Under the pieces are notes generated by a model. The model worked only from the letters and a program-made list of their open reading frames with translations. It had not been told where the DNA came from and searched no databases. Below, one piece after another: positions 1 through 13,400 of a stretch of DNA of 64,000 nucleotides (the stretch's first letter is position 1; each line of letters starts with the position of its first letter). The translations under genes were made by a program, and so were the position numbers. Source of the DNA: Raillietiella orientalis (Eukaryota); contig JAYWIR010000038.1 of NCBI GenBank assembly GCA_036172245.1, forward strand, positions 62,001 to 126,000, read 5' to 3'.

Positions 1-259
1 CGCTCGCCCGTATCTTCTCGCTGTTTCTCTCTTCAAGGCAAAGAAGGTGCAAAGGGTGGCTTCTCGTCTTCGAGCCTGTCCTTTCCTCCCTTCTTTGAGG
101 AAGCGAGCCGCCTGTGAGCTGCGGGCTGTTCCCACCAAGCCCGTCCCGTTCCCGTCGGATGTCCTGCTCCCTTTCGAACGCTTGGCTATGCTCTCCTGGA
201 GCGAGAATTCTTCTTTGCTTCGTCCATCTTCCGTCTCGCCACTTCCTCTCGTCTCCTTC

Positions 260-700
260 ACCGCTCTGCATCACCGGCCAACGTCTGGTATGGTTCGGCA
301 GAGCAATGCAATGAGTCTGGTTGCTCGCAACGACTTGGAGAGGAGCTCTCTGAGTGCGAGAGGAACCCTCGTGAGCTGTCCAGCTGGCAGCGACCGGCAG
401 AGCGACTTCGCCGCCTCTCTGCCTTCCCGAGTTTTCTGCCAGCACTGCGGGGTGTGGAGTGCGCGTAAAGACGGTAAAGAGAGTTCCTCTCGCGATGCTG
501 TGCTTCTTGTTCCCGTCTGCCTTCCTTTCGAATAGGGCTGATTTCAAGCATTACCGGTAGGGGAACCTGCTTGTTGCCTCAGAAACGAAGATGCACTCGA
601 GTTGCGGTTGTCGGCTCGGAATCCCGCGGTGCTGAAAACACCGCGTCGATTCTGAGGCCATAAATCAATCTCCTAGAGCATCCTCCTACGACATGCCGTC
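260..700 (-). mobile_element. Decayed non-LTR (CR1/L2-like) reverse transcriptase fragment
   Basis: Minus-strand translations across frameshifts give LECIFVSEATSRFPYR, then EISPIRKEGRREQEAQHRERNSL, then DSSRGF. These echo the RT N-terminal series 'L..IF..S...G..P..WK.A.V.PI.K.G.....NYRPISL ... QHGF'. Confidence 0.45.
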
Positions 701-1399
701 TTGCTACCCCCCCCCCGCTCAAAGGGTGTCTTGCCTGTGCACCTGGCAGACCTCTTGAAACCACGGGAGTTCCCGAAATGTACGGTCAAGTTGCAATTGT
801 TCTGGAGGAGGGAGTCCAAACGGGGTGTGGATAAAGTCCCTTCGCTTGGCCCTGGTCGCGTCGAAACTCTGATGCTCCTTTTTTTAACCCCCTCCCCTCC
901 CCCGCCTCCCCGAAAGGGATGAGTTCAGTGAGCAGGAGAATTTGAAGTTCCGCAAGGAGCAGCAAGGAACGACCGGCTTGCCCGTGGATTATGCAGAGTT
1001 GCCGTCGCACGGGACTGCACTCGGAGGCTGCACCTCTCCCAAGTGACCCGCTGCAGGGAAGGAATGTCACCTAGCACCCCACCCCACCCACCAACGATCG
1101 GAGAATCCGACAGATGGACGGCGCCCAGCTTCCGATCGCTCTGCTACCTCTGCCAACGACGGCGACTCGGCGTTTCCCAGCTTCCGAGTCGGGCATGACA
1201 AAGACGAGACGAGAGACGCATGTGAAAACATTCTCGTTGCCGCTGCCGTTCTGGATGGGCCCGGGGAGATGAGAACATTACAACCGCCACGGACTAGCAA
1301 TGTCTCCCGGCAGATGCCCGGGAGACATGGCGGCCGCAGCCGCAGGAAAAAGAAAAGCGGGGAGCGAACGGTGATGTTTCTACCGACCCGGAGGCTTTG

Positions 1400-1850
1400 G
1401 GGAATGCCTGCTTACGGTACCAGCGAGAGCCAATTCGGGTTCGCCTGCTCAAAAGGGGCTCCTCTTACGGGACACATGGGCACATCCGAAAGAGAAGCCT
1501 TTCCCTCCTAGCAGGAAAGCGAATCACGACGTCTTTTTGTCGGCAAACATCTCTTCTGACAATACTGTGCTCCCCACCGGAAACCGCTCTCTTCCTTGGG
1601 GACAGACAAGGGCCAGAAAGGCAGCTCTGGCAATGAGGAAAAAGCGAAGAGGCAACTCGACCTTGACCTCTTTGCGCGGGCACATCCCTTTCACGCGTTC
1701 CACAGCCGCAGCACTACGCGATGACATTTCGAAAGGAAGCTGCTGCCATGGCTGCGGAGAGGTCCAGCAGAACTTTCGGTCGGCCTGGCCTCTGCTGACG
1801 GGAGGACCTCCGGAATTCCTGAATTTCGAATGAGGATCACGTGACATGCA
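1400..1850 (+). mobile_element. Decayed LINE RT core fragment
   Basis: The motifs occur in RT order: SESQFGF (~1425), LFVGKHLF (D..KAFD-like), FLGDRQ, tacgcgatgacatt at 1715-1728 (YADDI with a 1-nt deletion), then VQQNF...W...FLNFE (LQ.DL..W...FN-like). Confidence 0.45.
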
Positions 1851-3099
1851 ACAAGTGTGGACGAAAAAGTTGTCACTTCGGTCTTCCAGCTCCGCCGTGA
1901 CATCGACAGCGTCTGGGGGAACACGTTGCGCAGCCTCAACCAAGGGCGGGAGAGATGAGCGCATGTTTCTTGCGCGCGCGCGCCGCCCCAGCACGGTGCA
2001 CGTTTTGTGCGATACTCGACGTGCTCTGCAACTTTCTCACTTCAAGATAGCGCCGACTGCTCAAGCCGCGCCCCCAACTCCGGCACAGCTTTCCGGTGGT
2101 GGGAGACGAGTAACCACACATCTCGTGGGTCCACGTCGTCTGGATGCGAAACAACGGAAGAAAAAAAATCACCGGACAAGATGCCAACGCGGAGTTTTGA
2201 AGGGGAATAATGAGGAAAGAGGGAGGGGATCACTTCCGGGAGCCCTCGGTACGGCGGTGGCGGCAGCGGCCTCACCGCGGAAAAGCCTGGCCCGATCGGG
2301 AGGACTCGACCCGCATCGCATCCGAATGAGAGCAAATCCGTTTCGGCCGTCAAAGACAGGGAAGAAGAAACCGATGCACGGACCCACCTTTCCGACGGTG
2401 AGCGACGGACCCGCGCAGACAGGAGCGGTGCAGCCTTGCTGCCTGCGGCATCAGAAAAAAACCCTGCAACTTGTCTACGCTCGCCCCTGTTTCCAGGAAC
2501 AATCAATCCCAAATGCCAACTGCATTTCCCTTCCTCTCCGGGCCAACCCCTCTCCTGTTCGACTCCTCTTCCCAAGAGAACCACCTAATCCCGTCTCCTC
2601 CTGGCAGGAATCCCGTCGACTCTGGGGCAATCCCGAGTGCAACGCGCACACCTCGCACTCGACGGGAAGAGAGGAGGAGGAGGGGAGGACGTTCCTGATG
2701 GCACATTCCGCTCGAAACAAGATGGTCGCCGCTCTCGGCGACGGAGGCCCCGCTCCGGCCAGGCATCCGCCGCACATCCATCAGCTCTTTCGGCACAGGC
2801 AAGCGGCAGGCCCCACTACTGCCAACGAGAGTTCCGCGCTCTTGCCAAGACACCACCGGAGCGGTTCCAGCCGTCCTCGGCGGTCGGCCCTTTTGGGTCC
2901 CTCTTGCTGGCGAGAGAACGCCGCAAGCACGTGCTTCCCACACGTGCATTCTTCCCACCCAGGGATCTCTCCCTCGCGTGGCCGTCCTTCCGGCACGACC
3001 AGGAGGACGCAGACACCCGAAGAATGGGAGGTACCCGCGCGCCGCCGAAGATCATTGCGCGGACCTCAATTTATGGACGCTCTGAGCTGTCAGGTCTGC

Positions 3100-3260
3100 T
3101 TGAATGAACAGGAGGAGGAGGCTGGGTGGCTGCGTGAGCGGGCAGATGCCATCATTGTGCCTAGGCGCCTAAAAATACCTCCTCGGGTGTTTTTCCCTCC
3201 TCCGAAGATCGAGTTAGGGACCCTTTTCTTCCACCCCTCTAACGATTTCGGCTTTTATGG
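3100..3260 (+). mobile_element. Decayed LINE RT fragment
   Basis: GWLRERADAIIV ... PPPKIELGTLFFHPSNDF resembles 'WL..R.Q.V.V ... PQGSVLGP.LF..Y.ND'. Confidence 0.35.
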
Positions 3261-4264
3261 GTTCCTCCAGGAGTTAAAAACCGGGAAGAGCCCCTGTGAG
3301 GAGCTGGGGAACGAGCCGTAAATCGCAGCAACGCTGATTACCGCTTCACATGTCTCGGGCAATAAAAGAAAAAGAGTGGTGCCCTGCGCTTTCGCGCGCG
3401 CCTCGCACGCTCTTCCTGGACGATTGGTCACGAGCACGCACAAGCCACATCGAGGAGCGTCCCTCCTACCGAAAGAGGGGGACAGCAAGAGGCAGGGGGG
3501 TTCGAAGGAAGGCGGCGCCCGGAAGATGCCCGGCGAAACCAGCGATGCACGCCCTGGTCTTCGCGGGCTATCCACCCGGATCTTAGGGCAACTTCTTTCG
3601 GTTCTGCCGCGCGCGTCACCAGCTTCGTCGGGGGAGGGCGAGGGCAGCAGCGAAGCGAGCAGCTGCTGAAGGGCCGCCACTGGCAGCAAGAGGGGCAGAG
3701 ACGGCTCTGTCGAGTACACATTCCGCGGGATTCTTCTCCGGGCGCGAACAAGGGAGGAGCCAGAGATTTCGAGGGGAATGAAGACGCCGATTCTTCGGCG
3801 GGGAAGGTTGGAAGAAGGGAAGGGGATCCTCCGAACCCGACTTGGGGCTCCGGGAGCACCGAAATGGGAGAACGGGGAAGATCTGAGTCGACCGAGCTCC
3901 ACCTCGGACGGGAATGGACCACCGGAACACGCGAGCGCACAGACACCCTTCACGCTGAGTCTGGGCACCTTATCACGGAGGAAAAGCGCCTTCCGCCACT
4001 TTCAAGACCCTTTTCCCTCTTCGTGAGCGAGTTCGACGACCCGCCATGGTCTCACGTCCGAAGAACAGGCGGTTCAGGTGGCTGCAAGAGTTCTGCGCCT
4101 GCCTGGGTGCGTCGAAGGAAAGCATCCGAAGCAGAGCAGACCAACAGGCGCTGCAGGACTCCGAGGAAGGAGGAGGGGGAACACGCGTGACGCGAACGAG
4201 AGAAAATCGATCGCGGCTGGTGCTTGGGAGACAACAGTTGCGGCAGCAGACTCGGAGGCCGTCG

Positions 4265-4330
4265 CCACCGCCGCCGCTGCTGCTGCTGCGGCAACCGGCA
4301 ACAGCAGCAGCAGCAGCATCAGTAGCAGCG
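4265..4330. repeat. Imperfect GCC/GCT/GCA trinucleotide tract
   Basis: Read directly: ccgccgccgctgctgctgctgcggcaaccggcaacagcagcagcagcagcatcagtagcagc. Confidence 0.8.
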
Positions 4331-4989
4331 AGCGAGAATCCCTCCGTTTCTCCGTTCCACCGACCCCTCGCCTAACAAGAGCCCGTGCTATTGATTCCTC
4401 CCTCCGTTCTCTTCTCGTCAAGTGAGGAAATACGAAAATACGAGGTACGTCCCGGAGGGGGCTCAAGGACCGCGGTGCTGCAGGCGAGCGAGCGCGCTGT
4501 CCTCTCCGCCAGCTTCGGCGCAGGGAGGCTGGCTGCAGCACGGCAGATAACGCGGCGTGGGAGGAAGGAAAGGCGTGCACTTTCGGCAACAACCTCGAGC
4601 GCCTACGACCAGCCAGCTAGAGGTACGGAGTCCCCCTCTTCCCAGGGGCGAGACACGTCGCGCCCGTGTGCTCGAGCGGCGGCGGATGCATCTGCTCCGG
4701 GTACTGAGAGCATCCCGCCTCCAGAAAGGAAACCACCAGGATCGCGTTCCCCGTGAAACGGAGCCTCTCGACACTAGAACGGAGTCGGAGCCAAAGACCC
4801 CACTCAGATCAGACCCCGTGGCTGCTGATCGCCCGGAAGCAGAGCGAGCCGACGTGCAAGCCGTCTCGAGGGCAACAGGTGAACCGAAGCGAAGCACGAG
4901 ATAGGACTGCTGCTAAGGGAGGCTGAGGCGATAGCAGCATCGCAACCCGGTACTCTTCCCCATCAGGGAAAGCTGGCGCTCTCACCCGC

Positions 4990-5400
4990 TTTTCTGTCAT
5001 CCTTTAAACTCACGGAGCGGAGGACCTGGAGTAGGCGTTTCGAAAGTGGATCCTGCCAGCCTTCGGGAATGCTGGAGGGAAACCCACCACGAGGAACGGG
5101 AACAGGTTTAGGGGAAGGGGGACAGAAACGGAAGGCACACAGGTAGGAGCGTTCCCGGAGCTTAGCGCTCCGGTGATGCGGGAAGCAATACGACGTATCG
5201 ATGGGTACAGAAGCGTACGGGATGCGGGCACAGATGACCTACGGCAACGGATACATGAGGAGAAGACGCCAACTTGAGGCCACCCAGAATCTGGAAAGAG
5301 AACTCTCCTTTACGAAAGACACCACGGGTTCCGGAAGCGAAGATACCCTGCGGTCCTTCGGAAGACATGACCAACTCCAGAGGGCAAGGAAGTAGATTCG
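4990..5400 (+). mobile_element. Decayed CR1-like LINE 3' end
   Basis: Frameshifted DLE*AFRKW, EQV*GKGT, RSGD/EAIRRIDGY, T*GH and SFTKD follow the CR1 C-terminal order 'HLEY...W / ERVQRRAT / RGD..E.YK...G / TRGH / FFS.RV'. Confidence 0.3.
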
Positions 5401-7048
5401 GGAGGGAGGGGGGGAACTACATGAGTCACAGGAGTCGCACGCCCACTCCCCCCCCCCGCATCTCTTACGTGGAAATTTACACGCATGAATTTCCAGAGCA
5501 AGATCTCCAACCAGAAGCGATTGATCTCGGGAAACGCACGGGAGGGTGGAGACTGCTCACCGCTCCAGCTCGAACCGCTTCGACTGGAACCGGTCAAGCC
5601 TTCGTGGGAAACACCCCCCCACCCTGCACTCCCACCCTCGGAAATTGAAGCCGGTCCCCGCTGCATCGAAACGGAACCAACAGGGAAGGCCGGCCGGCGC
5701 AACGGGGAACGAACCAGACCTACGCGCGCCCGGTGGGCAGACAGGCCGGACAGAGAAACGGGAGGGGGGGGGGAGAGATCGAAAGAGAAGATCGAAACAA
5801 AGAAAGCTGGCAGCAACTGGTCATTAAATGCACAAACGCACCGCTGGAGTCTCAGGTTTAAGATTCGGGACATGCCTTTCGCCACAGCCCCGGAGACCGC
5901 GTTGTGCGGAGAAAAAGCCTCGCGAGGAACCGGTGCAGAAGTTTCGTTGCCGGAGAAACGACCGCCGCACTTGCGATTTTCACTTTTCGTGATCGGACGC
6001 ACGATGCCAGCTGGGAGGACGGGGTCAGAACACACGCGAGCGGAGGCGGGGAAAATTGATCCAAAATACGCACTTGTCGACTACATGCTAAAGAGCAAGG
6101 GACGAGGATGCAGCATCTCGCGAACAGCGAACGTCCCCTACAGCTGGATGATTCCGAAGCTACCCGAGGGAACACTCTGGGGTGGGAGGGGTGGGGGGCA
6201 AAACGGGAGCGAGCACACACGTACACACACGATGGCACCAGGAATCCCTTCCGTGGAGTTTCGCGCCACCTCGGGGCGCTTGCCGGACACGCCGGCTCGG
6301 AACCAGCCGTTGCCGCAGCAACCCATTGTTGTCTGGTTGCGCGCGGGCGCACGCAGAGCGACGCAAGGGGCCGCGCGCCGTGTGCACGGGCTTTCCCCCT
6401 TTTTTTTTTCTTTTTTTCTTTTTTTTTTTTTTTTTACCTTGGAGAGTTGGGCAGGCTGTAGTATTTCTTCAACTCGTCCGACTGGCCGTTCCCCATGCTC
6501 CACAACACGTGCCACACACGGCGGGACCTACGCACAGTGTTCCGACGTGGCCGCTCCGTTTGCCGAAAGGATCGATTCGAATCCACACTTCGCTTCACTC
6601 ATGGGGGAACGGGGGGATAAAAGTACACAGGCTCGAAAACGTGTGTCGTTTCGCATCGATGTGGCTTTCGTACGAATCGAACGTTCGAAGGGGAGGAGGC
6701 AGCGAGGGGAGAGGAAAAAGAAAAAAAAAAAAAAAAAAAAACGAGGAGAGGAGGAGATGCGAATCGAAATTTTCTTTTTTCCGTGTGTTCCGATCGCAGC
6801 TTTTCGGCTGGATGCGGGAATCTTTCGGAGAGAGAGCTCGTTCATTAAAGAGCTGCACAATCGAAACACACCGGAACGAGGAGTCACGTGACACGCACTG
6901 CTTCCCTCAGCAGCCGCGGGTTGAGCGATTTCACATCCCTTCTCATCAACGGAGCCTGCAGACGACGAGCGGTTGCAGGAGAAAGACCGAAAGGCGGTGC
7001 TCAGCCGCTGCAGCAAAATTGAAATCTTGCATCATGGCAGGAGGAAAC

Positions 7049-7069
7049 GGGGGGGGGGGGGGGGGGGGG
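7049..7069. repeat. G21 homopolymer (one of many long G/C and A/T runs in 1-26 kb)
   Basis: Direct count. Other runs include C14 at 7756-7769, G15 at 8556-8570, C14 at 9455-9468 and A21 at 6721-6741. Confidence 0.9.
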
Positions 7070-8119
7070 AGAAAAAACCAAAAGGCGAGAAGACGAGAGA
7101 AACGCGCGCGCGCGAAGTGTCCGAAACATTCCGCCGGCTACGCGCGCACGTGCTCTGCGTGCACTTACGCTACCAAACGTACACGAATTTCAATTCGTGT
7201 ACGTTGCTAGCGTACGGGAGAGCAGACGAAGGACAACGCGGAATCTCTGCGAAAGTCCAGGCGCGCACGAGTGGAGAACAGGAGCGCAGGCGAAATCCAT
7301 CCAAATGGGCAAAAATATATATTTCGTCTTTCGTTTTCTGAGCCCGTCGAGGGCACGGGGGTAGGGATCCGGGAACGGGGGGGTTCGAGCACTAGGGAGC
7401 CTTAAAAAGGAGGGTCGTGGGGGGGGAGCACGCGCTGGACACAACCGGCTGCTCGCATCCAGGAGTTGTACGCACGCGCCCACAATACGCGTGTACACAC
7501 GTTTCTACATGAACACGGACTTGAACATGTTGTGTGTCCCGAAGCGCGTGCACCAAAAAGGTAGGGGAGGCACAGTCGCTTGATCAAAAACAAGGGGCCA
7601 CAGCATCCACGATCATCCGGTGCTTTAAAGAACATTTAAGAAGGAGAACGCCATTTCGTGTTTATTAGGAGCGCAGGAACGAACGGGAAAGCTTCGGCTT
7701 GATGAATTTATCATGAGCACGACGGCACAAGAACGTGTGTGTGTGTGTGTGTGTTCCCCCCCCCCCCCCACTCCCCCCGGGAAAACTGTCGCAGATGGGC
7801 GAGGAGGGCGCCTGACCGGAATCGGAAAGACCTCTGCAGCAGGCGGAGATGCTCTCTCGGTTGCTATGCGGCGGGACGATTCCCATGATTTGCTCCCTAC
7901 CGGGCGGCGGCAGCGCACCGGAGTGGCTGGATTTCCGATTTTTCCTCTCGCCGTTCCGCCTCTGTACCCGGAGACGGTCGCGTTCGGACCTGTCGTCGGG
8001 ACCGTAATGCAATCAAATCCAAGGGAACGGCGGACCGGCAACGGGATCACCCTTTACGGAGAACGGGGGGGGAAGGAAACAGAAGACGAAGAAGAAGAAG
8101 AAACGAAAGAGGAACCTCG

Positions 8120-8370
8120 AAGTGGGAAAATCATGACCTTTACACGGATACGGAGACGTTCAGCACTACAGAATGGCGCACAGCATCTCCCTCGGTTGCT
8201 GGATCGTGGACGATCCCTAATCAAGTAAACGAAGAAAAGGAAGATTCTGGAAAAGGGGCCAGCTGAGAACGGAGACATTCGCAGTTGCGGCAGTTCCGGG
8301 TCGAAAACACTGGAACGGGGAAGGCGAGCTCACTAGGGATGCAGGAAACTGACAAATTCAGGAAGCTTCA
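8120..8370 (+). mobile_element. Decayed CR1-like LINE C-terminal fragment
   Basis: KIMTFTRIRRRSALQNGAQ ... KILEKG ... KTLERGRR resembles 'LY..LVR..LEY.VQ.W ... LEKVQ ... TLE.RR.RGD'. Confidence 0.3.
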
Positions 8371-11300
8371 GTAAATCATTCCCCCCTTTGCATGCGGGCA
8401 CGAATGCAAATTCGGAAGGGCAGGCCTGCAAAAGGAGGAGGAGCGGATAATCAGGAAAACGGGCAGCTGCGCCCCAACGCAACCAGCATCATCCCCGAGC
8501 ACACGGTTCACGGGAGTTGCTCCACGAGCAACTCGGTAGGGGCACGGGCTCGACCGGGGGGGGGGGGGGGCAGGGGGAACGGGCATTTCCAGGGCGGCGC
8601 GACCCCCCCGCTGGGCGCTGGCGACAGTCCGGCGCGTGGCAGCTGCGCGGATCAGCAGCCGATGGAGAGAGCACAAACCGCTGCTGCTTCGTGGCACGCA
8701 AATCGAACGCCGCCAGGGCGAGGGCAGGCCCGGCTTCCGGGCAAAACGCAACCGAGCGAAAACGCGGCCGTGGCGATGTGGTCCACGCACGGCTCTGGGC
8801 CTTCGGCGTGGGCGCGCGCAGGTCCCGTTCGAACCCCGACGGCGAAGAAGGGGTGAAAGGGAAAACCGCCATGGGAACATCTCGGGTCAGCAAAGCGCTA
8901 ACGAACACGGGCTGCTCGATGGGGAACCGGGCTGTGCCGGCCGAAAAGGGAAGGACGTCCTTCATCTGCGAAAAAAAAAAAAAAAAAAAATGCCAATGGC
9001 ACTTTGGTTCCAGACGGAGCTGAACCGCTCCTTTGCTTACATCCGTATGCACTTTTGATCCGTCCGATCGGCCCTGGCAGCGACGCTGAGAGGAAGGAAA
9101 GCGGTAAACTTTGAAAGTTCACAAAACAAAAAAAAAAAAAAAAAAAACACCTTTCATTCACCACTTGCCCACACGGGAAGCTGCTGTGTAGTCTCCGATT
9201 TTCGCAAGCGGCGGGAATGGTCCGGGGAAAGCGCAATAAATAAAAAAAAAAAAAAAAAAAGGCATTTGGCGGAGCAAGGAAGGAGGAGGACCCGAAAAAC
9301 AGGCGCAAGCCAAGTGCTGATGGATACTGTGGGGGAGGGGGGGGGAGGCACACCCTCGGAGGCACTCTCGCAGATGCACGCAACACAAAAGAGACGAGCA
9401 GCACCACACTCAACGCACACCACGCCCCTCCTCCTCCAGCACGTGTACGTACCTCCCCCCCCCCCCCCATGAGGTGCGCACATAAGCACAGGTGCACACA
9501 TTCACGCACGTGATTGATGACCTGGTCCTCGGCAAAGACGGAAGCAAAAGAATTGCCGTTTCGTGGTGAGCGGATGGGCGCGGATGCGAATCCGCAACAC
9601 ACCGTGCACGAAGGCCATACACTAAATCTCTTCCATGCGCATCCCACTCGCGAGTGGGCTCCAGAACATCGTGTCCCCCCTCTTCGTGAGGCAAATCAAA
9701 ACTTTTCTTTACCACGAAACAAATCCCGAAGCTTTTCCGCTCTTCTTTGATGATGCCCGCGTTAGATGGAGATCATTCGCTCCGAAAGTTTTCCCGCAAG
9801 AGCCGAGCCCTGACAGCACGGTGTGGAGCAGGAGGGGGGGGAGGGGAAGGGAACCGAGCACGCACGCACACGCACGCACTCAAACACAACAGCCATTTCT
9901 CAAAATCGAAAAAATTGTTCGCTCCTGGATGGCGCACTGCGCTTTTTTCCACCGGGAGCGCGCAACCGGATACGGCCGCCTACCCCTCCTCCCGCGGGCG
10001 CTGCATCCCTCGAGGGGACGAGGAACGCGCGTGGGAGAGGCCGGGACTCCGCGCGCGCACCGGGCTGCATTGTTGCGTCACGCAGAGCGGCGAGCTTCCC
10101 CCCCCACCGGCCGGGACGCGGTGAGCGCGTTGTCCTGCCAACGCTTCCCACCCTTTGGAAACAGCCCGCAACTTGCGGCGCCTCCCCTCTCTCACGGTGG
10201 GTCCCTCCCCCACCCACCCACCCCCTAGTTCGCAGCGGGGAAAGCATCCCTCCCCAAGACGCTCGACAAGGAAGGAGCTGGGAAAATGGAGCATCCCGGG
10301 CGCTGTCCTCCGTTTTCAGAAGGAGAAGCTTACGGTCAGCATAAAGTTCTCCGCGCGCCCCGCTTTCGGCACGACCCCTCCCGCAGAGCCTCCGAGCGAG
10401 TCACTGACGCGAGCTACGCGCCGCACGCACGGGAATATAATGCGCAAGCTGAGTCGCTCCCTTTGCCTCCAGGCGAAACTTCTCGCCGCGTCCCTGGGTG
10501 ACCCGGGGGAGGCGCGGGCGCGAGGGCGGCTCGGACGACGGCAGTCGCGCCTCCGTGTGGAAAAATGCAGCGGGTGCGACGAAGGGGTCGGCGCCAGATG
10601 GAAGCCACAGAGGCAAGGAGGACTGCGGGGGGAGAGGGAGGGAGGGGGGGGAAAGAAAGCGCTCGCACTACCGAAAAGATACAGAGTGCCCTCGGCAGTG
10701 CGGCGTCTCTTCCCGACGCGCCCACGCTCCGGTCGCGCCGAGCAACAACACTCTCGGGTTTCCCGCGCGTCGCGACGGCGTTCCTTTGTTTCCCCGGGGT
10801 CACGAGGCGGTGGCGGCGGCGGCAGCGTCTTCGGTCACACCGTGCACGCGCTTCCGGAGAGTGCTGCCGCCGGTTGCCATACAAGCGCACGGGCACGATG
10901 TAGGGGGAGGGGGGGTCGAACAGGGGGCGCCTCTCCCCGCCCTACGTTCCTCGGCATCCCGTCTCGGCGAGGCGACCGCCACCAGTTCCAAGTTCGCAAA
11001 GGTCGCCTCGCTGTTAGCTTGCCGCGCCGCGTCGGACCAAGATGACCCCGACCCGACCCGACCGGCACGGAGTCCCTTCGAGGAGGGGCAGGAGACGCGC
11101 GCGCGCGCGCCCGCAGCAGCAGCAACCGCAGCGCCTCCCTCCCCATGAGCTCGCCGGCACGGCTGTAATACAATGTAAGTCTGAGCGGAGGGCGTGGCTT
11201 GGGAAGAGGAAGGGATACGCGCCTGCGGATATTTCGACGCTCCACGCGCGCGCTGGGGTTTCGTTCTCGGCCGTTCGGCGGCGAAGAGACCGGCCCGCAG

Positions 11301-13149
11301 AGGGCAGTGGCAAGCAGGGGTCATCCGAGGTTCTCAGGTGGGAGCGCGAGTGGTACCGTTGCCGGCGCGCAGCCCACGACGAAGGGTGTGCCCCTGCGCG
11401 GCTGGGCAGGGGACGCCGCGCGCCCCCTCGCATGGTAGGCGTCCCGGCGAGGGAGCGAAGCGACCTTCCCAGGACCCGAGAGCGGGCTCGGGGCTTCCTC
11501 CCTGGACCCCCCCCCCCTCGGCCCAGCCTACCCGCCGCGTGCGCGGGGCTGAAGCAGTCCATCGCCTGCCAGTTCCGGCACTGCCCTGCGGGGAGGGAGA
11601 AACAATCAAGCCCTCGGCTGCGGGGCCACCGGACTGCCACGCCCAGCGGCGGCGAAAGGCAAACAAGCGAACGTCCCTCCGGCCCCTTCTTCGCCGGACC
11701 GCCCCTCCCCTCTGAGGAGCTCAGGAAACGCACGTTCGTCCCCCCCCCCCCCTCCCTGCTTCCCCGAGAGCCTCCAGCAGCCATCGGAACCTCTGCGGAG
11801 CGCCAGTGCGCCGGCACCCGCTCTCCTGCGGAGGCTCCCGCCGTCCGTTCGGCCGCTTCTAGGTTTGGGTCGCGTCGCCGGAGCAACGAACAAGTCCGCA
11901 CACTTCCCTCCCTCCTAGACTGCTCTGAGAGAGCAGGGGTCCCCCCAAGGCATCCCGTTCTGGGCAAGCGCGCAGCCGCTCCTCCGGCTGCTCTTCGAGC
12001 GCCCGCCGCGCAGGGAAAAGGGGAAGCGAAACCGCCCGCTCCCTGCGCATTGCTCGCAGGCGCGACAGGGACCGACGGACGGACGGCGAGCAGAAACGTG
12101 GAGGGCAGGGGGGCCACGTCGGCGAAAGACGCAAGCCCTTCACGCGGGCGCACAGACGTCCAGCCCTCTGCGATCTCGAAACGCAACGCAAACGCGCGTT
12201 TTTTTTTGTGTGTGTTTTTGCTTTCTTTCTCTCTCTCTCTCTCGCCCCCCCCCCCCTCCTTCCCCTGCATCCCACGAGATTTTCCCCAAACTCCCCAGCA
12301 GCGTCACCTCGACAGAATGCACCAGGAAGCAAGCAAACAGCCAGCCTCCTCCTTCCTTCACCCCCCGCGAACGACAAAAGGGGAGGCGTCTCGCGCCGAA
12401 CGCTGAGGCAGATGGGGTGGCCACCAGCGTGCGACGAAGTGCGTCGGCGGTCTCCGGTGGCGACGACGGCGGGTCAGCTGGAAACCAGGATCTCGAGGGC
12501 GTCCAGACTCCGCGGATAAGCGTCCCTAGGCGGGCCCCGGGAAGTTCGAAACCCGGGCAGCGCCCTCCCTCCCCCTGGCGAGCCGCGCAAGGCGTTGAGG
12601 CTGAGCGTTCGCACATGCGCACCACCAACCGACGTTTTCTTGCCATTGCTGTTCCCCCGTTCGCTTTGGGGACACCTCCGATTGCACGCGGTCCGTGCTG
12701 ACCGCCGGCAAGCGCCCCCGGCAGTCCCCACCCGCGCGCGCGCGACGCGCGCGCCACTCCGGCGAATCGCGCGGCTCGCAAGGCCACCACAACGCAACGG
12801 AACGCATCGCCACTTGGCGTGGATGCGGCGCACACAACGTGGACAGAGGGAAGGGGGGAGGGGCAGGGGGAGAAACAGAGAAAGAAGGAGAGAAACACTC
12901 CCGTCGCGAGGTGGACAGCAGTGTCTCTCGAGCAAAAAAAAGAAAGAAAGAAAGAAAGAAAGAAACCTGTGATTGCGCAATTCTGTACAAAACGTTCGGC
13001 AGGATGTTCACGTTAGCCGCAATGCAACCGACAAAACAGACCCGCCGCAAACTACAACCGGGAAGCTTAACGAATTCAATCAATGCAACCTGCAAACACT
13101 TTTTGCAAGAATATTCCCCACTCACCGGATTAATTAATTAAGCCGGAAT

Positions 13150-13400
13150 CTCCTCAATCGGATGCTCTGATCGTTCGACGGCACTGGCGAGAGGAGCTCG
13201 CAGTGGCGACATCCCTGTTCTTCCGGAGAACTCTCGCGGTTCCGAAAGCTCAGTATAGATGGAACCACGGTAGCCTTCTCTTGGCCGGCGCTGCGGAAAG
13301 GTCCGAGCGGGCTTCGGGCTCCTGGACACAGGGCCTCGAAAAATGAATAATAACTCTCTTTGAACCTCCAAGGACTCAAGCGCGTTTCTTTTTCCGTTTC
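13150..13400 (-). mobile_element. Decayed LINE RT fragment
   Basis: QEKATVVPSILSFRNRESSPEEQGCRHCELLS resembles 'WKKA.VVPI.K......NYRPISLLS'. Confidence 0.4.

Noticed and set aside
555..631. AG/GT-bounded, phase-compatible candidate navigator exon on the minus strand
   Set aside because: It lies inside a collinear series of LINE RT motifs (260-700), so it is better explained as TE fossil.
12967..13089. 123-nt AG/GT-bounded segment on the minus strand
   Set aside because: It has an immediate TGA in the frame required after exon 5 and no navigator similarity.
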